64,000 nucleotides of DNA from Bdellovibrionales bacterium (GTDB lineage Bacteria > Bdellovibrionota > Bdellovibrionia > Bdellovibrionales > UBA1609), in the NCBI GenBank assembly GCA_965219095.1, contig CBDCMT010000001.1:704001-768000 (forward strand). Direction: 5' to 3'. How positions within the stretch are numbered: the first letter of the stretch is position 1; each line of letters begins with the position of its first letter. This document shows, one piece after another, positions 1 to 10,135 of the stretch. Below the pieces are notes generated by a model. It was not told where the DNA came from and searched no databases. It was given only the letters and a program-made list of their open reading frames with translations. A program made the translations under genes and the position numbers.

Positions 1-957
1 CTCTCTTGTAGTACGTCTTACTGCACGAAAAGTTTCTGAGGGGTTTTTTAATCTTACTTGTGATTTTGTAGGGTGAATGTTCACATCTATATCATGATCA
101 GGAAGGGATATAAAAACACAAGCTGAAGGGTATTCTGAGTGCATGAGAAGACCCCTATGAGCATCTAAAAGAGCTGACATAAGAGCACGATCTTGAATCC
201 ACCTTTTTTGTGCGAATAAGAAAATAGAGCGATTAGTGCTTGTTGTTTCGTTAGGGGCTGTAACAAACACTTCAGCAACCGTGGATCCCACTTGGATTTT
301 GTTATGATAGATTTTTTTCACCTCTAAGATAGTTTCGATTCTTTTAGAGGGAGTATCCTCCTTAGGCCAATAGAACAAGAGCTTACCGTTTTGTTTTATT
401 TTAAATTGCACTTCGGGATGAGAAAGAGCCATGGCTTTTAAAGCGTTCTTTATATGAAAAAGCTCTGTGTGATCAGACCTTAAAAACTTAAGGCGTGCGG
501 GAACGTTTTGAAAAAGCTCCTCTACAATTAAAGTGGTTCCTTGGGTGTGGCTACTTATTTGGACTTTTGAAAGTTTTCCAAAATCAGAAACTATTTGGTA
601 AGCTTCTTTGGAATCTTTGCTTTTAGATGTAATATGAACTTGGCTTACAGAGGAGATACTTGATAGAGCCTCACCACGAAATCCAAAACTATGAAGGTTC
701 CAAAGATCATTTACGTTTTGGATTTTACTTGTTGTATGAAGAAGAAGACATTTTTGCAAATCAGCCTTTAAAATACCATGACCGTTATCTTTGATAAGAA
801 GCTTTCTCCCTCCTTGTTGTAAATGAACTTCAATTTCTGTAGCATAGGCGTCTAAAGAGTTTTCCACCAACTCTTTGACCATATGGGAGGGTCTTTCAAC
901 AACTTCTCCTGCAGCAATTTGACTTATAACGTCATGGGATAATGTCTCAATACGCAT
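1..957 (-). CDS. mutL: DNA mismatch repair protein MutL, N-terminal part (runs off window)
   Basis: Manual translation from CAT at 955-957: MRIETLSHDVISQIAAGEVVERPSHMVKELVENSLDA...DNGHGI...HTTSKI...SFGFRGEALSSI, the GHKL ATPase motifs of MutL. Confidence 0.96.
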   Translation of the reverse strand, partial: MRIETLSHDVISQIAAGEVVERPSHMVKELVENSLDAYATEIEVHLQQGGRKLLIKDNGHGILKADLQKCLLLHTTSKIQNVNDLWNLHSFGFRGEALSSISSVSQVHITSKSKDSKEAYQIVSDFGKLSKVQISSHTQGTTLIVEELFQNVPARLKFLRSDHTELFHIKNALKAMALSHPEVQFKIKQNGKLLFYWPKEDTPSKRIETILEVKKIYHNKIQVGSTVAEVFVTAPNETTSTNRSIFLFAQKRWIQDRALMSALLDAHRGLLMHSEYPSACVFISLPDHDIDVNIHPTKSQVRLKNPSETFRAVRRTTRE

Positions 958-1041
958 AACCTTCTTTGTTTTTACTGAAAAAATCTTATTTTATCAAGTC
1001 GGTATAATACAAATTACAGAAATTAATTCGACGGTAAATCA

Positions 1042-1222
1042 TCTATCAAAAAGTATGTCAAGAAAAAACACTTCTCCATTTACAAAAAATATAAAAATTT
1101 TTTTGCATACGGTCACGAATATTCTAATCACCTAAGAAAAAACTTCCTGCACTTCCTTTCCATTTTTTAATGACTCTTCCTTTACATATTGTAAAACAAA
1201 CATATTCCTATTATGCGTCTAT
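1042..1222. repeat. ~180-bp segment repeated in inverted orientation at 11154-11335
   Basis: TCTATCAAAAAGTATGTCAAG...CCTATTATGCGTCTAT; near-identical reverse complement at 11154-11335. Confidence 0.9.
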
Positions 1223-1293
1223 AGTGAATACGCTTAGATTTTCCGATCGATTCTCTAGAGAAAAAAACTGAAAACCTAAACGGAAGCACTATA
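1220..1293. mobile_element. IS630-derived miniature element (MITE-like)
   Basis: TATAGTGAATACGCTTAG...CCTAAACGGAAGCACTATA; the same unit recurs at 19527-19601 and its end matches the IS630 end at 51114. Confidence 0.75.
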
Positions 1294-1519
1294 TCTGAAC
1301 CTTTTCGGTTTTAAATCATGAATTTATGCCAAAGATTTAAAACCTTAGATTATAGTAAATTTCAGGAATAGAGGATGTGCTATTCGTCGAAATGAATTTT
1401 TTATAAATATCATTTTTATTAAGCTATCTATCCTCACCTCATAAAGTCATTATTTGTATTGTTACTTACTATGCAAGAAACTTTAAACAGATGATTTTAT
1501 AAGATTGTTTTATTATTAT

Positions 1520-3040
1520 GGCTCCTCCCGGGAATCTGTGGGTGAAAAGTAGCTAGAAATCCCCCAAAAAGGCTCATATTAATCAAAGCAAGAGTAAGAC
1601 ATTCTATCTTGTATTTTTGAGTTCTTTGAGGCCCTTACTGGCCTCTATCACCTCCGGTGATTGAACTCAAAAACATTCATTTTATTTGCTTTTATTTGCT
1701 GTGTTACATTAAAATTTTAAAAAAGAAGCACCTACTTCCCAGATGCCTTAAAATGTTATTCAAAAAAAAAAAGAAGGAGGGAAGAGATGCTTTTGAAGAC
1801 TATACTAAATGATTGTTTAAGATGGAAGTCTTTTGTATACGGAGACATTTATTTTTCAAAAGATAGAAAGTCAATTAATGTTCCTATTAAGGCTCGTAAA
1901 AATGGCCAAGCTTTTTGTAGTGTTTGTAAGAAGCCCTGTTCAGTGTATGACAGAAGTAAATCATCACGGGACTTTGAATCCCTTCCTATTTTAAGTTACA
2001 GGGTGTTTTTTGTTTATTTTGTAAGAAGAGTTAATTGTCCTTGCTGTGGGGTAAAAGTTGAGTATTTACCTTGGGCCGATGGTAAGAAGAGTTTAACGAT
2101 CTTTTACATGAAGTATTTAGCAGACTGGTGTCGTCACCTGTCTTGGAAAGAGGTTTCTTGTAAGTTTCATGTCAGTTGGAATCAGGTCTATGCTTCGGTA
2201 GAATGGGTCGTAGAATATGGTTTAAAACAAAGGGTTTTAAAGGGAATACAAGCTATAGGTGTAGATGAAATACAATGGAAAAAGAACCATCAGTATCTCA
2301 CCTTAGTCTATGAAATAAGCAAAGAAAGTGTTCGTTTGCTATGGATAGGAGAAAAAAGAACAGAAAAGAGTTTTAGAAAATTCTTTGATTTACTAGGAGA
2401 GAAGTCAAAAGATATACGGTTTGTGTGTTCTGATATGTGGAAGCCTTATTTAAAAGTCATAAAGGAGAGGGCAAGTGGAGCTTTACACATATTAGATCGG
2501 TTTCATATCGTAGCAAGACTCAATAAGGCTTTAGACGAAGTGAGAGCTTCAGAACACAAAAAAATGAAAGAAGACGGGTATGAACCCCTTTTAACAAAAG
2601 CTAGATGGCCCTTGTTAAAAAATGCAGAAAATTTAAAATCTTATGAAAAAGTAAAATTAAGGCATTTAATACAGTACAATTTAAAAAGTATCCGCTGTTA
2701 TTTTTTAAAAGAAGACTTCCGACAGTTATGGACCTATGTTTCACCAACTTGGTCTGGTAAATTTATAGACAGTTGGACGAGACGAGTCATGCTTTCAAAA
2801 ATTGAACCTATGAAAAGAGAAGCAAAAACCATACGAAGACATAAGCTACTTATTCTTAATTACTTCAAGGCTAAAAAAACCTTCTCCTCAGGGATTGTAG
2901 AGGGTTTAAACAACAAAGTAAAACTCACTATGAGAAAATCTTACGGCTTTAGAACCTCTAAAGCTATAAAAATCGCCTTATATCATAACCTTGGAAAACT
3001 GCCAGAACCTCCGGGAACCCACAGATTCTTTTGAGGAGGC
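1520..3040 (+). mobile_element. ISL3-family insertion sequence, apparently intact
   Basis: Terminal inverted repeats GGCTCCTCCCGGGAATCTGTGGGT / GCCTCCTCAAAAGAATCTGTGGGT; 8-bp target duplication ATTATTAT at 1512-1519 and 3041-3048. Confidence 0.93.
1787..3034 (+). CDS. ISL3 family transposase
   Basis: Zn-finger CSVC/CPCC, IGVDE, CSDMWKPY, DRFHIV, EGLNNKVK...SYGFR motifs. Confidence 0.95.
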   Translation: MLLKTILNDCLRWKSFVYGDIYFSKDRKSINVPIKARKNGQAFCSVCKKPCSVYDRSKSSRDFESLPILSYRVFFVYFVRRVNCPCCGVKVEYLPWADGKKSLTIFYMKYLADWCRHLSWKEVSCKFHVSWNQVYASVEWVVEYGLKQRVLKGIQAIGVDEIQWKKNHQYLTLVYEISKESVRLLWIGEKRTEKSFRKFFDLLGEKSKDIRFVCSDMWKPYLKVIKERASGALHILDRFHIVARLNKALDEVRASEHKKMKEDGYEPLLTKARWPLLKNAENLKSYEKVKLRHLIQYNLKSIRCYFLKEDFRQLWTYVSPTWSGKFIDSWTRRVMLSKIEPMKREAKTIRRHKLLILNYFKAKKTFSSGIVEGLNNKVKLTMRKSYGFRTSKAIKIALYHNLGKLPEPPGTHRFF

Positions 3041-3048
3041 ATTATTAT

Positions 3049-3332
3049 TTACATTTTTACGTTCTCCATAAGGTTTATATTTTTTTCCAGACTTGAAAAC
3101 ACCTAAAGTTAAAGCTGCAATTCTTCTAGTTAGTAGCGTTTCTAGAAGTGTGTGGTGGTAAATTTTTTTTGATCAACTCTTCATGAAAATCATTAAATTC
3201 ATTTTTATTTCCTATAACTGAAAGTGCAGCTATCTTAAAAACACTTTTCATTTGTGGGCAAAACCTAGACTTCTTAGTTCCATAAGACCTTCCACCACTC
3301 ATTTTATGTAGTCGAACGTGAAAAATTGACAA
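3049..3332 (-). pseudogene. IS110 family transposase C-terminal remnant
   Basis: SGGRSYG...KSVFKIAALS, continuing after a frameshift as RRIAALTLGVFKSGKKY. Confidence 0.65.
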
Positions 3333-3644
3333 AGGCCTAGAATTTTTATGCTGTATGATCTTTATCCCTGTTATTTTCTACTATAGAGGGTTAATATTTT
3401 TTCATAACTTAAACAAAACAGTAGTTTCCAAGAAGGCGTACAGGCCTTCTAAGCCATTTCAGTGAAAAAAACGAAAAAAGACGCAACCTCTAGTATTAAC
3501 TTTCTAAAATTTTGAGAAGTTCCTGATAAAAGACTATTAATATGTAATGGACGTTATATGATCTGACAGTTACCATATTAAATCAATTGACTCTCACCCC
3601 CTAGTAAGCTCAGAGGCTTAGTGCCAACAAAGCCGAATGATTTT

Positions 3645-4616
3645 TTAAATTTTTAAAGAATCAGTTTTTGCAGCTTTTAACTGTTCAGAGAGAAAATGTG
3701 CTTCCTTTCGGTCACAATACTTTTCACTAACAAGAAAAAGGGTATGGCGACCTTTGTTTTTTAACTCTCCTGAGGCAGGTTTTAGCTCTTGAAACTCTCC
3801 TTTATTTTTCTCAGCAATGTACTTTGGTAAAATAGCTATATAGTCATTAACCAAAGCCACTTGTCGAATTAAATCATAATTGTCTGCTATAAAAGAAGGG
3901 TTTAATTTTTTGCTATTTTTATTCTTAGAAAACTGATTTAAAAATTGAGACATATAAAGAGGTAGACCTTCTTCTTCTGCAGAAAGCATTGCTAGCTTTT
4001 TTTCCTCTAAAGCTTCTTCTAACGTTAAGGATATTCCAGAAGAAATAGAAGAAATATAAAAACCTAATTCTGTTTCAAACACAGCTTCGGTGTAAAAACC
4101 TTCAAGCAAAAAAGAATCAGCCGCTAAAAGAGCAGAGCAAATTTTACCTTGACGAAGAAATTTTAAAAGTTTGTCGTTTTTATCTGTATAAACTTTTACA
4201 TGTAAATGAGGAAAGAGATTCTTTAATCTTTCAAAGAAAAGGGGGAGAAAATAACAAGATAAGGCTTCATAAACTCCTAGTTCAATGTAATCAATGCGAA
4301 ACTTGCTTTGCATTTGGATGTTGAGTTGGTCAAAAGCAGAAAAAACCACTTCACACCTTTCAATAAGTTGTTGAGCCTCTTTAGAGGCAGAAACTAAACC
4401 GTTTTTATGACGTACGATCAAAGGTTGCTTAAATGTTTCTTCTAAAGATTTTAAATTTTGGGAAACAGCAGATGGAGTAATCTTTAAAGATTGGCTCGCT
4501 TTTCTAAGACTTCCTAACTCTAAAACTTTCTTTAAAACCCAGACCTTTTTGATATTCCCCATATCAATTTTCACATGTTTTGAAGGTGAAAGGTTATTTA
4601 ACGTATTTTTTTCCAC
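3645..4616 (-). CDS. LysR family transcriptional regulator
   Basis: HTH GSLRKASQSLKITPSAVSQNLKSLEE followed by a substrate-binding domain; ~300 aa. Confidence 0.93.
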   Translation of the reverse strand: MEKNTLNNLSPSKHVKIDMGNIKKVWVLKKVLELGSLRKASQSLKITPSAVSQNLKSLEETFKQPLIVRHKNGLVSASKEAQQLIERCEVVFSAFDQLNIQMQSKFRIDYIELGVYEALSCYFLPLFFERLKNLFPHLHVKVYTDKNDKLLKFLRQGKICSALLAADSFLLEGFYTEAVFETELGFYISSISSGISLTLEEALEEKKLAMLSAEEEGLPLYMSQFLNQFSKNKNSKKLNPSFIADNYDLIRQVALVNDYIAILPKYIAEKNKGEFQELKPASGELKNKGRHTLFLVSEKYCDRKEAHFLSEQLKAAKTDSLKI

Positions 4617-4692
4617 AAGCCTGTTTCCTTTTAAATTCTCTATAGATATATTCTTATTTTTCTATTTTTACAAATTTTATGTAAAACAAGCA

Positions 4693-5355
4693 TCATAGAC
4701 CCTCAAAAGCTTGATATAAGAAGAACAAACCTGCAAAAAATATAAGGACAGAGCTGATTTTGTGAATTTTTTTCATCCAGCCTCCCGATTTTGGAAGATT
4801 TTTTACACTCATCATTCCTAGTCCTACAACAAGGAAAATAAAGGTAGAGCCAAGGGCATAGAAGAACATATAAATGCTTCCGCTTAAAAGCTGAGTAGAG
4901 GTAGAAATCGTGACTAAAACAGCACCTAATACAGGAGTAGTGCAAGGAGAAGCTAAAAGAGCAGCTCCAGCACCTAAAGCTATAGGAAAAAACACAGTCC
5001 CACTTAATTTTTTAAATTCTATTTGGTTGGCTGTTTGTAAAAAGCCGGGAACAAAATTGAAAAGAGAAGCTATTCCAAAAGCAATCAAAATCAAACCCAT
5101 TGAACCCTGAACAAAAGGATTTTGAGAAGAGAACCCGAAAATTTCTCCTAAACTTACAGCAAGAATTCCCAAAAAAGTAAATGTTAAAACTTGTCCTGTA
5201 AAAAAAAGTATAACATTTATTTTTTTTCCACTTTCAGCTTGTGAGCCAAAATAACCTAAGCTAATAGGAATCATAGGGTACACACAAGGACTTAAAGAAG
5301 TTAAAAACCCAGCCCCTAACACGGTAAAAATTTTATACAAAAAAATCCCTTCCAT
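4693..5355 (-). CDS. ccdA: CcdA / DsbD-transmembrane-domain disulfide transfer protein
   Basis: LTSLSPCVYPMIP and ASPCTTPVL motifs, six hydrophobic helices, LPKSGGWM. Confidence 0.9.
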   Translation of the reverse strand: MEGIFLYKIFTVLGAGFLTSLSPCVYPMIPISLGYFGSQAESGKKINVILFFTGQVLTFTFLGILAVSLGEIFGFSSQNPFVQGSMGLILIAFGIASLFNFVPGFLQTANQIEFKKLSGTVFFPIALGAGAALLASPCTTPVLGAVLVTISTSTQLLSGSIYMFFYALGSTFIFLVVGLGMMSVKNLPKSGGWMKKIHKISSVLIFFAGLFFLYQAFEGL

Positions 5356-5831
5356 TATTGACCTCCCTTTGAAAAATATTTGAGGGCTGGTTCAAGATTT
5401 CCTGAACCTACTTGCAATACCTTTGCTACAAGACCATTTTTGGATTCAATGACAGCCCAGTGAGGAACAGAAAAAGCTTTCAAGGCTTTACCAATGACAT
5501 TGGACTTGTCTACATAAATAGGAAGTTCAATTTTATACTTTTTAATAAACCTTTGTGCCTTTTTAAACTTTTTGTCTTTATTAATGGAGAAAATGGGAAC
5601 ATTTTTTTGATGAAGATTCTTGAGAGTAGTTTTTAGTTTTTGCTTACAATCAGGACACCATTCTGCCCAAAAATAAATAAGAGCTTTTTTAGTGAGTTCC
5701 CATTTTTTAATTTGATTGTGATTCATAGCTAGCTTTAGATGAGAAAGATCAATTGTCTTTTCTTTTGAAAAAGCTATAGAAGAGATAAGAAAAATAAATA
5801 AAAAGGAAGAGAAAAATCTTTTCATTTCCAT
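5355..5831 (-). CDS. TlpA/ResA-like periplasmic thioredoxin
   Basis: Signal peptide, FWAEWCPDC active site, SVP cis-Pro loop. Confidence 0.88.
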   Translation of the reverse strand: MEMKRFFSSFLFIFLISSIAFSKEKTIDLSHLKLAMNHNQIKKWELTKKALIYFWAEWCPDCKQKLKTTLKNLHQKNVPIFSINKDKKFKKAQRFIKKYKIELPIYVDKSNVIGKALKAFSVPHWAVIESKNGLVAKVLQVGSGNLEPALKYFSKGGQ

Positions 5832-6367
5832 TCTCCTGTAACACCTTCTAACTGATCTACCCCTAAAGCACCCGTATGTTGAAATACAATTTTTCCTTCT
5901 TTTTGAACAAGAAGAGCAGGGACAGTTGAAGAGCCGGGAAAGTATCTTTTAAATAAATTCTCGGAGTCTTTTTGTACTCCTACTTTCCACTGAACTTTAT
6001 GAGATTCTTTCCATTCTTTTGCATCTTCAAGAGCAAACTCCCCAGACAATCCAACTAAAAAAGTAACAATTTCTACATGATCGGGAAGCCTTCCTCTAAG
6101 GTCTTGTGTTATTTTTTCTGAAATTTCTTTAGCTTCAGCACTACAAGTTGTACAAGTATCTTGAGCGAAAATAAGAGCTAAAGTTTCTTTTTTTAAATCC
6201 TCATTTAAGTTAAAGTCCTGCTCAGTAGTAAGGGTAAGTTTTCCTGTGATTTTTTTTCCAATAGATGAAGGAGGCTCAACAGAGCTTCCAGTACTAAGCT
6301 GCGTTCCACAACCTGTGCTTAAAGCTGTTAGTAACAGCAGTAAAGTAATTTTTTTTAGATAATCCAT
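5822..6367 (-). CDS. Thioredoxin-fold (redoxin) lipoprotein
   Basis: Lipobox STGC, FAQDTCTTCSAE, TVP loop, HTGAL. Confidence 0.8.
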   Translation of the reverse strand: MDYLKKITLLLLLTALSTGCGTQLSTGSSVEPPSSIGKKITGKLTLTTEQDFNLNEDLKKETLALIFAQDTCTTCSAEAKEISEKITQDLRGRLPDHVEIVTFLVGLSGEFALEDAKEWKESHKVQWKVGVQKDSENLFKRYFPGSSTVPALLVQKEGKIVFQHTGALGVDQLEGVTGEWK

Positions 6368-7386
6368 TTAATACCTCCTTGAAAAGTATGGGATTGATAA
6401 TCTGTGTTTGTGTTTCTTAAAATATAAGAAACATTCAAAAGCCATCCAACTCCTTCATAGTTGAGTTTAAGACCATAGGAGTCTGTTCCAAGAGCTGTTA
6501 TGCCTCGGTTGTCCTCATAGTTTTCTTTTTCTCTCACAAAGCTATAAGAGGCCTCTAAAGAGAAGTCATATTGAAACTCCCAATAAAAGCTTCCTTCAAG
6601 CCATAAAACACTGAAACGACCGCGGTCATCCTTTAACTCAGTTGTAGCTTCATTTAAAAACCCTGTGTGAACACGAAATGTCAATTCATTAGAAAGGCCA
6701 ACTCCATTTCTTATTTCCACTCCATAGTGGTGAGGGCGATCCTTTTTACGTGTTCCAAAAAACAAAAGAGTGTTCACTTTCCATTTTGCATTGAGAACCT
6801 CACTCCAGTTTGCTTCATAGCGAAAAGAAGTAAGGTTTCTAGGTCTATTCTTTGTTTCCAAATTTTTCGTCGGATCAATATAGGTTGAAGCAGGCTGGTC
6901 TTTGGTGATAGAGGACAAACGAAAACCTAAACTTCTTTTTTTATTTAATAGACTTCGGTTATAGGCAAAAGAACCTGCTAAAAAAGAAAAAGGAGATGAG
7001 CCAAAGCTTCTTGCAACAAGAGCTGTGTAAGAGTTTTTTCCTTTTTGGTAGATTGCACTTAAGTTCATAGCATACTCTTTTTGGTCAAAGGTACGTGAAA
7101 GAGGAGTTTCTTTTCCATCTTCATCTCTTAGAAGAAAATTAGAATAGTCTTTTTTTGCTAAGTCGGCAGAAAAAGAAAGAGTCCAGTAGTTTTTCAAAGT
7201 AGGAAGTTGTAAGTTGAACCGGCTTAAATAACCTTTTGTTTTTTGTCTATTATTAGGCCGAAAAAAATCTATACTTCCTTTCTGATTTGTTAAAATGAAA
7301 TCAAATCCTGCAAGCCCCTCCGCAGCTCTTGCTGGCATAGAAAACAATGTGAGTAATGCAATAATCAGTGAGAGCAACTGGAGCAT
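6355..7386 (-). CDS. Outer-membrane beta-barrel protein, DUF3570-like
   Basis: Signal peptide, alternating amphipathic strands, C-terminal FQGGIKWII; context next to a Cys-tailed small protein and thioredoxins. Confidence 0.6.
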   Translation of the reverse strand: MLQLLSLIIALLTLFSMPARAAEGLAGFDFILTNQKGSIDFFRPNNRQKTKGYLSRFNLQLPTLKNYWTLSFSADLAKKDYSNFLLRDEDGKETPLSRTFDQKEYAMNLSAIYQKGKNSYTALVARSFGSSPFSFLAGSFAYNRSLLNKKRSLGFRLSSITKDQPASTYIDPTKNLETKNRPRNLTSFRYEANWSEVLNAKWKVNTLLFFGTRKKDRPHHYGVEIRNGVGLSNELTFRVHTGFLNEATTELKDDRGRFSVLWLEGSFYWEFQYDFSLEASYSFVREKENYEDNRGITALGTDSYGLKLNYEGVGWLLNVSYILRNTNTDYQSHTFQGGIKWII

Positions 7387-7631
7387 GAATTCCCTCCACT
7401 AGTTCCATCTAAAGGATTTCTCAAACCAAAAGCTAATGAAGTCTCCCCTATGAAGAGAGCTTGATTTAAATCCAAAGACTCTTGATTAAGAGGGCTTTCG
7501 GGTCTTAAATAAGACTCTTGGTTTGAAGGACTTGACTTAGAATTTTTATTTTCGTTAAGCTTTTTTTGCGAAAAGGAAGTTAAGCTAAAAAAAACAGTTC
7601 CTATTATTGCTACTAAAGTTATTTTTTTCAT
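7365..7631 (-). CDS. Small secreted protein with C-terminal GGNSCSSCSH (DUF4266-like)
   Basis: Signal peptide, Gly-rich linker and terminal CxxC; directly upstream of the barrel gene. Confidence 0.6.
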   Translation of the reverse strand: MKKITLVAIIGTVFFSLTSFSQKKLNENKNSKSSPSNQESYLRPESPLNQESLDLNQALFIGETSLAFGLRNPLDGTSGGNSCSSCSH

Positions 7632-7698
7632 AAACCTTTCTTTCTTCTTAAAATTGTAGATTGTTTCACTCTATTCATCAAGGCAACCTAAACGTTCG

Positions 7699-8289
7699 CT
7701 AATTAGATAAAATTGACTCCATCCTTTCAAAATCACTTGTTCCCATAAAACCTATATGTTTGAAGAGAACAACATTTTTTCTGTTGTCTAAAATATAGAC
7801 CGTGGGAGTAGCAGAAACATAATAAGCTCTTGTTGCATCTCTTTGGCTATCTAAGAAAACAGTAGCTCCTAAAGAACTAAGCTCTTCTCTTTTAGTACGT
7901 GCGTACTGTATCAACTCATTTTGATTGTAATCAACTCCAATATAGTTAATTTGTACATTATTTAAAAGCTGAAAATGATCTGAAAAGTATTTAAGAAACT
8001 GGTTATGTAATATCGTACAAGCATTACAGTAAATAGAAAAAAACTTAAGGATCGTGTACTTTTGGCTCTCCATTAAAGGTTCTCTAATGCACCTTTCATT
8101 TGTCGCTCCCGAAGCTTCAATTCCTGTTAAAACAATACAAGGAGCATGATCGTTCTCATGTATTTGTAAGCTGACATGACTTGATGGCTCATTAGCTTGT
8201 ACATTATAAGCTTGAAAGCTGGCAGAAAAAGCTAATATAAGCAATACTAACATGTATGATAAGATGTTTTTTGTTTTTACTGTTTTCAT
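7699..8289 (-). CDS. TlpA-like thioredoxin-fold protein, copy 1 (CNAC)
   Basis: Signal peptide, FFSIYCNAC, ATPTVYILD. Confidence 0.85.
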   Translation of the reverse strand: MKTVKTKNILSYMLVLLILAFSASFQAYNVQANEPSSHVSLQIHENDHAPCIVLTGIEASGATNERCIREPLMESQKYTILKFFSIYCNACTILHNQFLKYFSDHFQLLNNVQINYIGVDYNQNELIQYARTKREELSSLGATVFLDSQRDATRAYYVSATPTVYILDNRKNVVLFKHIGFMGTSDFERMESILSN

Positions 8290-8353
8290 AATACCTCCTC
8301 TTTGTTAATAACCAATATAATCACTAGTCAATTTTTGATCAAGAACAATTTAC

Positions 8354-8380
8354 CTTAACACAAAGTTAAGAAAAGATTAA
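8354..8380. promoter_or_regulatory. Putative LysR-type operator, tandem TTAA-N7-TTAA
   Basis: CTTAACACAAAGTTAAGAAAAGATTAA upstream of the operon; conserved as CTTAACATAGAATTAAG at 12325-12341 upstream of the paralog. Confidence 0.6.
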
Positions 8381-8668
8381 GTTTTTTTCCTTATAATTCT
8401 TAACTGTATGAGAGGAAAAAGCCTTATAGGAATGACCTGCTTTTTAAAAAGGAAAAAATACAAATAAACAGCGTTCAAACTTCAAACTAGGAATAGGGAA
8501 AAAGATACAAAGTTAAAAGAGCTTGTCATTGGTGTTTGATCTTCCCATCTTGATGCCAAGAAGCACAGAATACAAGTCTAATGAAACTAATGAAAAGGCT
8601 CAATTCTCAAAAAATTCTTGTAAACTTCTCTTCTAACAAACTTCTCTCTTATTTTAGCCTGAAATGAG

Positions 8669-8882
8669 GATGTCCGTAATCCCGTTAGACTTTCAAAAGG
8701 GACTTTTTCATAATTAAGCTATCTCCATTTGTTTTTCAAGGGTTATTTTATTTATTTCTTCTATAAATAGAGGGATTTGTTTATATCCCCTGATAGTGCA
8801 AAATTTTTTCTCAACATGTAACAAGGAAGCTGCGACCCATAAGGAGATTTGTCGAGGATTTTTTTCCAATTCTTCACCCTTC
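8669..8882 (-). pseudogene. IS256-family transposase C-terminal remnant
   Basis: RVKNWK...WVAASLLHVEKKFCTIRGYKQIPLF (frameshifted). Confidence 0.6.
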
Positions 8883-8883
8883 C

Positions 8884-9147
8884 TCCTGAGTTTGCCCTTT
8901 CAAATTTAGCTATTACCTTAAGTGCCTGAAATAACTAGGTTTATGCGTTGTACCAATTAAAAAGACATACTACATTTTTCTACATAGCAATAAGCCCCCA
9001 ATAAATATTCACAATTATGTTATTTCATAGGCTCTTTCAGGAAACTCCTTTCCAAAGAGCTTATAAATTTTCTTAGCCTTTGCAGATAACTTACGAGGAA
9101 GGCCATAAACTTTAGAGGGAACTTTTACTCTATTTCGAATAATATTA
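8884..9147 (-). pseudogene. IS1634-family right-end remnant
   Basis: End CCTGAGTTTGCCC resembles the inverted repeat at 54940; SKVYGLPRKLSAKAKKIYKLF resembles the C-terminus of 55054..56676. Confidence 0.6.
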
Positions 9148-10097
9148 GGGCGTGTCCTCATTTGACTGGACCTTTACTTTGAAGTTTAAGCCAAATAAAC
9201 ATACATGCTATAGATAGCATAGCTTTGAAATTTCTAGCAAGCTTTTCAAATCGAGTAGCAATACCTCTAAAATGCTTAAGACGAGCAAAAAGGTTTTCTA
9301 TCTTATGTCGAGATTTATAGATATGACGATCAAAATCTTTATTTTTCTTTTTGTTTTCTATTTTTTCGTCTCGGTATCACAGGCTTTACCTTCTTATACC
9401 AATTACAGAAATTAATTCGACATTTTCATGTTCAAATTTAAAATTTTAAAATTGAACATGAAAATGTCGAATTAATTTCTGTAATTGGTATAAGTAGCCA
9501 GAAAATCATACCCTTGAATCTGTGTAACTAAATCTTTTTTCGACATGACTCTAAAAATTTAACAGAGTTTTATCAAAAAGCCAGGACGCAATGCGTTAAA
9601 AGAATGTCGAATTAATTTTTGGAAATGGTATTACTACGAGCCTTATCTCGTATCTCATCCGAGTCATAGGCCTTGTCAGCAATCAAATACTCACTATGAA
9701 ACTCATCATTAAATCACCTGCAACTTGACTGTCGTGTACTTCACCCCCAGTGATTTTAAAACAGAATGGATTTCCATGCACATCGGACCATAACCCTTTT
9801 TGTGCCCACCTATTAAAGCGATTATATGCTGTCTTCCAAGGACAGAACTGTTCAGGAATATTACGCCACGGACTGCCTGTGCGTAATTTCCATAAAATTG
9901 CTTCCATAACATTTCTATTGTTTGCTGAATGATAACAGCCTTTCTCTCTTATAATAGCTTCCAGATCCTTCCACATAGAATCTGTTAAAACTTTTCTTAA
10001 CATAACACCTCCCTTTGTTATGAGCTTTTTACAATCTTCATAGATATTCAACACGCCTAAGGGCTTGAAAAAGGTCTAGGAAAATGAGGACACGCCC
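9148..10097 (-). mobile_element. IS5-family element, degenerate, interrupted by an IS630 remnant
   Basis: Inverted repeats GGGCGTGTCCTCATTT at both ends flanked by TA; LRTGSPWRNIP...WKTAYNRFNRW and RHKIENLFARLKHFRGIATRFEK fragments. Confidence 0.88.
9393..9494. repeat. 102-bp near-perfect palindrome made from an IS630 end
   Basis: CTTATACCAATTACAGAAATTAATTCGACATTTTCATGTTCAA-A-TTTAAAATTTTAAA-A-reverse complement; one mismatched pair. Confidence 0.95.
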
Positions 10098-10135
10098 TAG
10101 AAAAGGAGGGATTTTACGTTATGAAAAAACTAATA

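Noticed and set aside
4703..6888. Short overlapping ORFs (4703, 4910, 5412, 6667) and similar ones elsewhere
   Set aside because: Antisense or alternate-frame shadows of well-supported genes.
7365..7400. GGN in the Cys-tailed protein as a third member of the GGN-tail family
   Set aside because: It is internal and followed by SCSSCSH, in a different operon context; likely unrelated.
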